From positions 1-11,574 of the forward strand of contig JAJPZU010000112.1 in the NCBI GenBank assembly GCA_021204165.1: a stretch of 11,574 nucleotides of DNA. The letters are read 5' to 3'. This stretch comes from Prevotellaceae bacterium. GTDB lineage: Bacteria > Bacteroidota > Bacteroidia > Bacteroidales > Bacteroidaceae. The position numbers were made by a program, and so were the translations under genes. The first letter of the stretch is position 1. Each line of letters begins with the position of its first letter. Below the pieces are notes generated by a model. That model was not told the origin of the DNA, ran no database searches, and saw only the letters and a list, made by a program, of their open reading frames with translations. Below are positions 1 through 6,899 of this stretch, piece after piece.

Positions 1-10
1 AAGTTAGGGG

Positions 11-129
11 AGGTGGCGCGTAGCGACGGAGGAGTCTGTCGAAAACACCCACCAACTACACACGAGGAGTCTGCTGAAAACATCCCGCTAAATATACATG
101 AGTAGTCTGTAAATACACTCACTTAAACA
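11..129. repeat. Left arm of the window-bracketing inverted repeat: 36-nt terminal core (11-46) followed inward by iterated GAGGAGTCTG-centred motifs
   Basis: AGGTGGCGCGTAGCGACGGAGGAGTCTGTCGAAAAC (11-46) equals the reverse complement of 11538-11574 except for one extra G in the right copy. The motif GAGGAGTCTG / GAGTAGTCTG recurs at 29-38, 64-73 and 100-109, each followed by a GAAAACAYCC-like tail. Weaker similarity to the right arm continues to about 129. Confidence 0.85.
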
Positions 130-159
130 AGAAGCATAATATTCCCACACGGAAACAGA

Positions 160-195
160 GGGAAAAGAATCAGGGACACCATCACGATGCCCCTG
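160..195 (-). terminator. Possible intrinsic terminator of the carboxylase operon
   Basis: On the minus strand, CAGGGGC..GTCCCTG (7-bp stem with one mismatch, 171-195) is followed by ATTCTTTTCC. It lies about 30 nt downstream of the stop codon at 227-229. The stem is weak and the T-tract interrupted. Confidence 0.35.
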
Positions 196-226
196 AAAAA
201 CACAATGATTTCCGACAAGTCATACA

Positions 227-1681
227 CTATAAAGGCATGTTGCCATGCTTCTTCGGCGGATTGCTCTGATTCTTGTTACGAGTCATCTCCAGTGCCTGAA
301 TAAGACGTATGCGGGTGTCACACGGCTGTATGATTTCATCAATATAGCCAAGCTGTGCAGCCGGCATAGGATTGGCAAATTTACGTCGGTATTCCTCTAT
401 CGCCGCCGCGCGCTCTTCCGGCGAAGCCTTTCGGTAGAGAATGTTACATGCACCTTCCGCTCCCATCACGGCAATCTCCGCAGTCGGATAAGCTAAATTC
501 ACATCCGCACCGATACATTTGCTGTTCATCACAATGTATGCCCCGCCATAAGCCTTGCGCGTGATGAGTGTGAGCTTCGGTACTGTGGCCTCAGCAAAAG
601 CATACACAATCTTAGCCCCATGACGGATGATGCCGTTGTGCTCCTGATCTGTTCCCGGAAGGAAGCCCGGAACATCCTCCACCGCCACGAGCGGAATATT
701 AAAGCAGTCGCAGAAACGGATAAAGCGGGCAGCCTTGTCGCTTGCGTCAATATCGAGCGCACCGGCAAGGAAGTTTGGCTGATTTGCCACAAAACCCACT
801 GTGCGGCCGGCAAGACGTCCGAATCCTACTACAATGTTCTTGGCAAACTCGGTCATCACCTCGAAGAAATACTGCTGGTCGCATACCGGTTCTATGATAT
901 TGCGTATGTCATACGGCACATTAGGGTCTTCCGGAACCACATTGTCCAGTTCATGGCACACGCGGGTTATCTCATCTGTCACCGGATAGACAGGGGCATC
1001 TTCCATATTATTGGAAGGGATGAATCCAATCAGTTCGCGGATGGTCATCAGAGTCTCTTCCTCATCGCGGCAGACGAAATGGCTCACACCGCTCACACTG
1101 CTATGCGTCATGGCACCTCCGAGTGTCTCCTTGTCAACCGCTTCATTCGTCACGGCACGAACCACGTCCGGACCGGTGACAAACATCTGGCTCTGTCCCT
1201 TCACCATGAGAATGAAATCTGTCAGTGCAGGAGAATAGCACGACCCTCCGGCGCAAGGCCCGAGTATGGCAGAAATCTGCGGAATCACTCCGGATGCCAT
1301 CACGTTTTGCCGGAAGATGTGTGCAAAACCGGTCAGACTTTCCACTCCTTCCTGTATGCGTACACCTCCGGAATCGTTCAGACCGATAATCGGTGCTCCG
1401 TTTTTAAGGGCAAGTTCCTGCACTTTCACAATCTTCTGCGCGTTTGCCGCACTGAGAGAACCTCCCAATACCGCAAAATCAAAAGCATAGACGAAGACAA
1501 TGCGTCCGTCAATCTTGCCGTATCCGGAAATCACACCGTCGCCCTCCACACGCTTCTTGTCCATGCCGAAGTCGTTGCAACGATGCACCACATGCTTGTC
1601 CATTTCCACAAATGTTCCTTTGTCAAGAAGCAAATCTATGCGCTCACGTGCTGTGAGTCTCTGTATCTTATTGTCATTCAT
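227..1681 (-). CDS. Acyl-CoA carboxylase carboxyltransferase subunit (propionyl-CoA carboxylase beta / methylmalonyl-CoA decarboxylase alpha family)
   Basis: 484-aa ORF with family-typical strings LTARERIDLLLD, GDGVISGYGKIDGR, LNDSGGVRIQEG, GPCAGGSCYSPALTDF and MFVTGPDVV, plus a second carboxyltransferase half (PLVAVEDVPGFLPG). Its start overlaps the BCCP stop by 8 nt. Confidence 0.95.
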   Translation of the reverse strand: MNDNKIQRLTARERIDLLLDKGTFVEMDKHVVHRCNDFGMDKKRVEGDGVISGYGKIDGRIVFVYAFDFAVLGGSLSAANAQKIVKVQELALKNGAPIIGLNDSGGVRIQEGVESLTGFAHIFRQNVMASGVIPQISAILGPCAGGSCYSPALTDFILMVKGQSQMFVTGPDVVRAVTNEAVDKETLGGAMTHSSVSGVSHFVCRDEEETLMTIRELIGFIPSNNMEDAPVYPVTDEITRVCHELDNVVPEDPNVPYDIRNIIEPVCDQQYFFEVMTEFAKNIVVGFGRLAGRTVGFVANQPNFLAGALDIDASDKAARFIRFCDCFNIPLVAVEDVPGFLPGTDQEHNGIIRHGAKIVYAFAEATVPKLTLITRKAYGGAYIVMNSKCIGADVNLAYPTAEIAVMGAEGACNILYRKASPEERAAAIEEYRRKFANPMPAAQLGYIDEIIQPCDTRIRLIQALEMTRNKNQSNPPKKHGNMPL

Positions 1682-2192
1682 TGTTTTCGTTCAGTTTTAA
1701 TGTTATCAATGTCTGTCCGACCTTCACACTGTCGCCTTCTGCCACAAGCACAGAAAGCACCTCGCAATCAGCCGCGACCTTATAGTTCGACTGCATCTTC
1801 ATAGCCTCCATAGTCAGTACCGTGTCTCCGGCCTTCAGCTTGTCGCCCTGCTTGCAATACGCTTTTACTATCTTGCACGGCATCGGCGCCGTCACCTGAT
1901 CGCTCTGCACGGCATCCGTCTTTTTCCGCATACGCATGTATTTTGCCTGCGAGTCCAACATGTCAATCTGGTAAGTCGAATAGTTGACATTCACGCGGTA
2001 ATGCTTTCCTGCATCGCTCTTCACCAGCTCTGCCTTGTACGAGTTTCCATTGTGAATAATCGAACATGTTCCGTTTTGCAACATGGCCACATCCACATCA
2101 TAAACTTGTCCGTCTATATCAATCTTCACGTTGTTTCCGTCTTTGCTCAACAGCGTGACATCTACAATCTTGTTTCCAACCTGAATATCCAT
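1674..2192 (-). CDS. Biotin carboxyl carrier protein (biotin/lipoyl attachment domain protein)
   Basis: 172-aa ORF. The C-terminal biotinyl domain carries the biotinylation signature EAMKM (GDTVLTMEAMKMQSNYKV). It sits between the biotin carboxylase and carboxyltransferase genes. Confidence 0.9.
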   Translation of the reverse strand: MDIQVGNKIVDVTLLSKDGNNVKIDIDGQVYDVDVAMLQNGTCSIIHNGNSYKAELVKSDAGKHYRVNVNYSTYQIDMLDSQAKYMRMRKKTDAVQSDQVTAPMPCKIVKAYCKQGDKLKAGDTVLTMEAMKMQSNYKVAADCEVLSVLVAEGDSVKVGQTLITLKLNENNE

Positions 2193-2308
2193 TATAATCG
2201 TTTTTTAGTTTAAGTTCTGCCTGCACATCGTTCATGCGGCTTCAAAATTCCACGAAACCGGACACCATGCGGGCGGCAGGCAGATGGTTGTGCAATCTTA
2301 TCGTACCA

Positions 2309-3835
2309 TTATACTCTCAACACACCCTTCTGCAATCCGAATGTTCTCCAGCGATTGATGGCGGACTGTCCCTGTTTGCATTCAGCCGCCCCACCGGTAT
2401 TTTCCTCCAGATTCATAAGGTAGTCTATGTAGGCGGCAATCACCGCCATCTCTTCGCTCTCGTTCTTGAATCCCGGACGCGGACGCAGACGCTCCGCATT
2501 GCGCTCTATAAAATAGGTGTTGTAGTTTCCTTCACGGAAATCAGGCACATCAATGATGCGGCGCAAGTAGCGTATGTTCGTAGTCAGACCGACAATCTTA
2601 TATTCATACAGCACTCTCCTCATGCGCTCAATGGCATACTGTCTCTCCGTAGCCCAAACGATAAGCTTTCCAATCATCGGATCGTAATGTACGGGAATCT
2701 CATAGCCCTCATATACATAGCTGTCGATTCGGATACCAATGCCGTGAGGCTCTGTGAGCTGAACAATCGTTCCCGGCGAAGGCATGAAGTTATGCTCCGT
2801 ATCCTCCGCACAGATGCGGCACTCTATGGCATGTCCTCTTTGGCGGATATCCTCCTGACGGTAGCCCAGCGGTTGTCCGTCAGCAATAAGAATCTGCTGT
2901 TTCACAAGATCGACGCCGACAACTTCTTCCGTGATAGGATGCTCCACCTGAAGCCGGGTGTTCATTTCAAGGAAATAGAAATGATGGTGCTTATCCACAA
3001 GAAACTCAATGGTGCCGGCACCGATGTAGCCCACCGCTTTTGCCGCAGCCACCGCCTTCTCGCCCATTTCGCGGCGAAGAGTGTCATCAATAAACGGCGA
3101 CGGACTTTCTTCTACTATTTTCTGGTGACGACGCTGCACAGAACATTCGCGGTCGTAAAGATGGATGACATTGCCATGCTTGTCGCCAAGTATCTGAAAC
3201 TCTATGTGGTGAGGCTCCTCGACAAACTTTTCGATATAGACTGTATCATCGCCAAACGAAGCCATCGCCTCGTTCTTTGCCGCATTGTACATCTCTATCA
3301 CATCTTCTTCGCGTTCAATAAGTCTCATGCCTTTTCCGCCGCCACCCATAGAAGCCTTCAGCATCACGGGGAAGCCAATCTTTCGGCACACCTCCAAGGC
3401 TTCCTCGCCACTGCTCAATTGCTCCTGAGTTCCGGGCACAACGGGCACTCCCGCCTTTATCATCTGTATGCGGGCGGAAATCTTGTCGCCCATCAATTCC
3501 ATGGTTTCCGGCTTTGGACCGATGAAGATGATGCCTTCAGCTTCACAACGACGCGCAAACTCGGAATTTTCGGAAAGGAAACCGTATCCCGGGTGAATGG
3601 CATCCACTTTGTGCTTCTTTGCCGCCTCGATAATGTGGTCGATATTCAGGTAGCTGTCTGCCGACGACGCACCGCCGATACACTCTGCTTCGTTTGCAAA
3701 AACGACATGGCGCGACAGACGGTCGGCAGTGCTATAGACAGCCACAGAACGTATGCCCATTTCATAACAAGCACGCATCACCCGAATCGCAATCTCACCG
3801 CGATTGGCAACCAATACTTTTCTTATCATAAACAT
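2309..3835 (-). CDS. accC: Biotin carboxylase (ATP-grasp) subunit of acyl-CoA carboxylase
   Basis: 508-aa ORF with KVLVANRGEIAIRVMRA at the N-terminus, the glycine-rich ATP-grasp loop LKASMGGGGKGMR, and EMNTRLQVEHPITE. M1 or M3 could be the true start. Confidence 0.95.
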   Translation of the reverse strand: MFMIRKVLVANRGEIAIRVMRACYEMGIRSVAVYSTADRLSRHVVFANEAECIGGASSADSYLNIDHIIEAAKKHKVDAIHPGYGFLSENSEFARRCEAEGIIFIGPKPETMELMGDKISARIQMIKAGVPVVPGTQEQLSSGEEALEVCRKIGFPVMLKASMGGGGKGMRLIEREEDVIEMYNAAKNEAMASFGDDTVYIEKFVEEPHHIEFQILGDKHGNVIHLYDRECSVQRRHQKIVEESPSPFIDDTLRREMGEKAVAAAKAVGYIGAGTIEFLVDKHHHFYFLEMNTRLQVEHPITEEVVGVDLVKQQILIADGQPLGYRQEDIRQRGHAIECRICAEDTEHNFMPSPGTIVQLTEPHGIGIRIDSYVYEGYEIPVHYDPMIGKLIVWATERQYAIERMRRVLYEYKIVGLTTNIRYLRRIIDVPDFREGNYNTYFIERNAERLRPRPGFKNESEEMAVIAAYIDYLMNLEENTGGAAECKQGQSAINRWRTFGLQKGVLRV

Positions 3836-4352
3836 CTATATTTGGTTATACACTTTCTTCCATCTCAAAACAAAATATAATACGATATCAGAAAGCACAC
3901 TCCGAGAACCGCATGACAAAGCGGACAACTCACGAAAGAATACATATCCCAAGAATACATGAATACACAAAAAACACCGATATTCCATCCCGGAATCTCA
4001 GCAAAACAGTATTCTCAGTATTTTTCCGGCAGCTCTTATTCCCGAGAGCGGCATCTGAACATCGGCATCGGCAGGTCTTCTGACTTCTCCATTGGCAGCA
4101 CGGCCTTCCCAACCACAATTATTTACAGCCTCACGGCAATAACAAAGGTCAGTGGCACAACATGATGATGTGTTGCCATAAAAAACAGGAGTTACAGCTA
4201 CGGGTATAGTTACAGACTCACACTGTATTCCCTCTTAGTCTGTCCGTCTTTCCTGAGTGCTTCTTCCTGAAGTCCGCCATTCCCGAAATCAGATTAGGCA
4301 AATTCCAGTCTCAACAAGCCTCAAATGAAGAGGACAAGAACCAAATGCGCGG

Positions 4353-4360
4353 CAAAAGTA
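4353..4360 (-). promoter_or_regulatory. Candidate Bacteroidetes-type -7 promoter element (TACTTTTG on the minus strand)
   Basis: Exact match to the TAnnTTTG consensus, read on the minus strand. It lies downstream (in minus-strand sense) of the phased T-tract array and about 515 nt upstream of the accC start. No -33 TTTG is present at the expected spacing. Confidence 0.3.
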
Positions 4361-4424
4361 CACATAAAATCCGAATCCATGCACTTTTTACCATATTTTT
4401 ACTCCAAACATTCTATGAAACTCT

Positions 4425-4512
4425 TGTGTTTTCTCCGGTATTTCCCCTGTGCTTTTCCGGTATTTTCCCGGTGTTCTTCCTGTATTTTTCCTGTATTTTC
4501 CCGGTTTTTTCC
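4425..4512. repeat. Eight tandem 11-bp units (consensus CKGTNTTTTCC), a phased T/A-tract array
   Basis: The units are tgtgttttctc, cggtatttccc, ctgtgcttttc, cggtattttcc, cggtgttcttc, ctgtatttttc, ctgtattttcc and cggttttttcc, in exact 11-bp register. The period is not a multiple of 3, so the repetitive FPVFS-type peptides in the overlapping plus-strand ORFs are artefacts. Confidence 0.85.
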
Positions 4513-4558
4513 ATAAAAAAGCATGGGACATTCCGCTTCTTTCGGAAATGCCCCATGC
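4513..4558 (-). terminator. Rho-independent terminator of the NfeD-like/flotillin operon
   Basis: The minus strand reads GCATGGGGCATTTCCG-aaagaag-CGGAATGTCCCATGC, an approximately 15-bp GC-rich stem with one bulge and one G-U pair. TTTTTTAT follows immediately. The structure starts 21 nt after the flotillin stop codon (4579-4581). Confidence 0.8.
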
Positions 4559-4578
4559 ACCGTTTCTCTTTAGTTTAT

Positions 4579-5955
4579 TCAGTCTTCTACTTCTTCCGCA
4601 TCCACAGCAGGCTCTTCTTTTTTCTTCGCCAGATACTCCGGCAAATTAAGCCCCGCCATATCGAAAAGTTCGTTAAGCGGCGGAACAGACTTCATCAGTC
4701 CGGACACGAAACCGGCTGTAGAGCCTTTTCCGTCTGCACCACCGGCACCATTGTCCCAAACAGTCACATGGTCAATGTTGATACCCTTGACAGCCTCAAC
4801 CTGAGTCTTGACAAGCTCAGGAAGCTTTTCGAGCAGCAACAGCATGTATGCCTTGTTGGCATCTCCTCCGGCAGCCTGAACCATCTTGTCATAACCGGCA
4901 GCCTGCTTCGTCAGCACTTCATACAAACCTTTTGCTTCTGCCTCCATCTTGGCATAAATGGCATCTGCTTCACCCTTTGCATTGACACGCACGCGCTCTG
5001 CTTCCGCCTCCGCTTCGATGATAAGTCGTCTCTTCTCAATCTCCTGCGGAACGAGTACGTTGGCTGTTTCCGTAGAGCGTTCACGTTCTGCACGCGCTTC
5101 CTCAGCCTCGCGTTCTGCCGCGTATGCTTCCTGCAATGCCTTTGCCTGCTGTACTTTTTCTGAGGCTGTGGCTTTACGCTGTGCCTCCGCTTCCTTCTCA
5201 CGGCGATAAGCCTCGGATGCAGCAATGGCAACCTTCGCTTCGTTCTCACCCTTTACGGCTTCCGCATTGGCTTCGGCTGTACGTATGCGGGTTTCTCTCA
5301 CCGCTTCCGCCTTACCGATTTCACCGACTTTATCTTGCTCTGCCACTCTCACTTTTGCCTCATTTATCGCTTTGGCAGCAGCTTCACGTCCGAGAGCCTC
5401 TATATATCCGCTCTCATCTTTTATATCGGTCACGTTCACATTTATCAGACGAAGACCAATCTTTTTCAGTTCCACTTCTACATTGGCAGAAATGCTCTCA
5501 AGAAACTTGTCACGGTCGTTGTTCAGTTCCTCAATACTCATCGTGGCAATTACCAGACGCAACTGTCCGAAAAGAATATCACGCGCCAGTTCCTGTATCT
5601 GTGCAGCACTAAGTCCGAGCAAACGTTCCGCAGCTGCATTCATGCAATCGTGGTCTGTAGATATACCCACAGTGAAGCGGCTTGGCACATCCACACGGAT
5701 GTTCTGTTTGCTGAGCGCATTTGTCAGATTCGCATCAATACTGATTGGTGTAAGGCTAAGATAAGCATAGTCTTCGATTATAGGCCATACGAAAGCACCG
5801 CCGCCATGCACGCAACGTGCCGACGTTTTGCTGCTTTTACTCCCATAAATCACCAAAATTTTGTCCGAAGGACACCGTCTGTAACGATTCACAATGGAAA
5901 CGAACAGCGCAATAGCCACTACAGCGGCAATTACAATAAGATACATAGATTCCAT
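4579..5955 (-). CDS. Flotillin-like SPFH/band-7 family membrane protein (YqiK-like)
   Basis: 458-aa ORF with an N-terminal TM helix (YLIVIAAVVAIALFVSIV), an SPFH-like core, and a long Ala/Glu/Arg-rich coiled-coil (AEREAEEARAERER, IIEAEAEAERVRVNAKGEADA) typical of bacterial flotillins. It is paired with an upstream NfeD-like gene. Confidence 0.9.
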   Translation of the reverse strand: MESMYLIVIAAVVAIALFVSIVNRYRRCPSDKILVIYGSKSSKTSARCVHGGGAFVWPIIEDYAYLSLTPISIDANLTNALSKQNIRVDVPSRFTVGISTDHDCMNAAAERLLGLSAAQIQELARDILFGQLRLVIATMSIEELNNDRDKFLESISANVEVELKKIGLRLINVNVTDIKDESGYIEALGREAAAKAINEAKVRVAEQDKVGEIGKAEAVRETRIRTAEANAEAVKGENEAKVAIAASEAYRREKEAEAQRKATASEKVQQAKALQEAYAAEREAEEARAERERSTETANVLVPQEIEKRRLIIEAEAEAERVRVNAKGEADAIYAKMEAEAKGLYEVLTKQAAGYDKMVQAAGGDANKAYMLLLLEKLPELVKTQVEAVKGINIDHVTVWDNGAGGADGKGSTAGFVSGLMKSVPPLNELFDMAGLNLPEYLAKKKEEPAVDAEEVED

Positions 5956-6039
5956 AATTAATTATTTTAATATCCAACTTTTCAAGATTACAAGACCGGT
6001 TGCCGCATGAAGTGCCCCCTGTCTGAAGAAAGTTTCAAA

Positions 6040-6128
6040 TTCATCTCTCTTGGTCAAAAATTCTCATCCCTTTGGGTCAAAATTTTCATTCCTTTAGTCA
6101 AAAAAATCTCATCCCTTTGGGTCAAAGA
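6040..6128. repeat. Four tandem 21-24-bp direct repeats (TTCTCATCCCTTTGGGTCAAAA-like) in the NfeD-like/flotillin spacer
   Basis: Copies lie at 6040-6060, 6061-6082, 6083-6106 and 6107-6128. Copies 2 and 4 share the exact 20-mer tctcatccctttgggtcaaa (6062-6081 and 6107-6126). Copy 4 overlaps the stop codon of the NfeD-like gene (6122-6124). Confidence 0.85.
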
Positions 6129-6700
6129 TTCTCTACCACCAGCATTTCTCCGCCGACAACATCAGTAATCCGCACCTTGCGCCCTGTGGTTATCGCCTCA
6201 CCCTCTGTAACCGCATCCAGTTCATGCACGGAACCGTTCACACTTATCTGCACTTTTCCTCTGCCGCTCTTCTTCTCCGGAATGCGCAGATAGACATCTG
6301 CCACACGTCCCTTGCAATATTCAATGCGGAAGGCGCCGTTTGCCTCCAGCTTCTTGGTCTGCTTGTAGATAAAGAAGAACATCCACACAAAAAACAAGCC
6401 TACGGCTGCTGCCACGAGTGCCAGCAACACAGCATTACCCATCAGCGAATGCAGACAGACACCTGCCCAGCCGAAGCCCACAAAGAAATTGACAAGGCTC
6501 CTTATAGAGAACAACGACAGTCCTCCTCCCAAATCCATTGTGTCTCCGGCATCAAAATCGACATCTATGTCGCTTGAATCCATTCCGAACAACGTAAGCA
6601 GAAGCTGTATTACAAACACAGCTGACCCGACAAGTGCACAAACCCAGAACACTTGCTGCATAGTTTCAAGTCCACTGAACCAAATTGAAAAACTCTCCAT
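6122..6700 (-). CDS. NfeD/YqiJ-like membrane protein (OB-fold C-terminal tail), partner of the flotillin gene
   Basis: 192-aa ORF with several hydrophobic helices (VFWVCALVGSAVFVIQLLLTLF, LVNFFVGFGWAGVCL, AVLLALVAAAVGLFFVWMFFFIY). The beta-rich C-terminus (GRGKVQISVNGSVHELDAVTEGEAITTGRKVRITDVVGGEMLVV) resembles the NfeD OB domain. The gene order NfeD-then-SPFH is canonical. Confidence 0.8.
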   Translation of the reverse strand: MESFSIWFSGLETMQQVFWVCALVGSAVFVIQLLLTLFGMDSSDIDVDFDAGDTMDLGGGLSLFSIRSLVNFFVGFGWAGVCLHSLMGNAVLLALVAAAVGLFFVWMFFFIYKQTKKLEANGAFRIEYCKGRVADVYLRIPEKKSGRGKVQISVNGSVHELDAVTEGEAITTGRKVRITDVVGGEMLVVENL

Positions 6701-6899
6701 ATTCTAATTAGTTTTACGGTTATATAAATCATATTCTGAAATGATATGTCCACCATCTATTTTACAAAGAGGGAACATCCTTAAAAAAAATAACATTACC
6801 AGACTGCATTTTTCATTAAACACTCTCCTTCTCACTGCATTTTCATAATTCATAAAAGACTCCGATTAATTATTTTAATGATAAATGCCAATCTTATAA

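Noticed and set aside
620-1804. 394-aa plus-strand ORF
   Set aside because: It lies entirely antisense to the well-supported carboxyltransferase gene. The translation is His/Arg/Cys-rich with no motifs, a typical shadow ORF.
2217-2283. 8-9-bp inverted repeat CTGCCTGC..GCAGGCAG with an approximately 51-nt loop between accC and the BCCP gene
   Set aside because: No T-tract follows, so it is not a terminator. The loop is long and the stem short. It could be an mRNA-stability element but is not distinguishable from chance here.
2234-3880. 548-aa plus-strand ORF
   Set aside because: It lies antisense to the biotin carboxylase gene, whose ATP-grasp motifs are unambiguous. It is a shadow ORF.
3930-4165. 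Overlapping 62-aa (minus) and 68-aa (plus) ORFs in the large intergenic gap
   Set aside because: Neither has a recognisable motif, the composition is implausible, and the two overlap each other. There is not enough evidence to call a small protein.
4154-4177. Hairpin GGCACAACAT..ATGTGTTGCC followed by ATAAAAAAC
   Set aside because: The stem has a 2x2 internal mismatch. The T-run precedes rather than follows the stem on the minus strand, and an A-run follows it on the plus strand. It is not a credible terminator for either strand.
4212-4243. Inverted heptamers ACAGACT..AGTCTGT resembling the AGTCTGT core of the terminal-repeat motif
   Set aside because: Only 7 nt are shared with the end motif and the GAGG and GAAAAC flanks are missing. 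A 7-mer is expected by chance about once in a window this size.
4325-5163. Plus-strand ORFs of 63-272 aa with repetitive FPVFS/FFLYF peptides
   Set aside because: The repetitive peptides come from the 11-bp DNA repeat, whose period is not a multiple of 3 and so appears in all frames. The rest is antisense to flotillin.
5124-5961. Several plus-strand ORFs (162-208 aa) and a nested minus-strand 112-aa ORF within the flotillin gene
   Set aside because: These are frame artefacts of the low-complexity Ala/Glu-rich coiled-coil coding region. The flotillin frame explains the locus.
6040-6128. Possible mini-CRISPR array
   Set aside because: The units are directly abutting with no unique spacers, they are only 21-24 bp long, and no cas genes are present. 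This is a plain tandem repeat.
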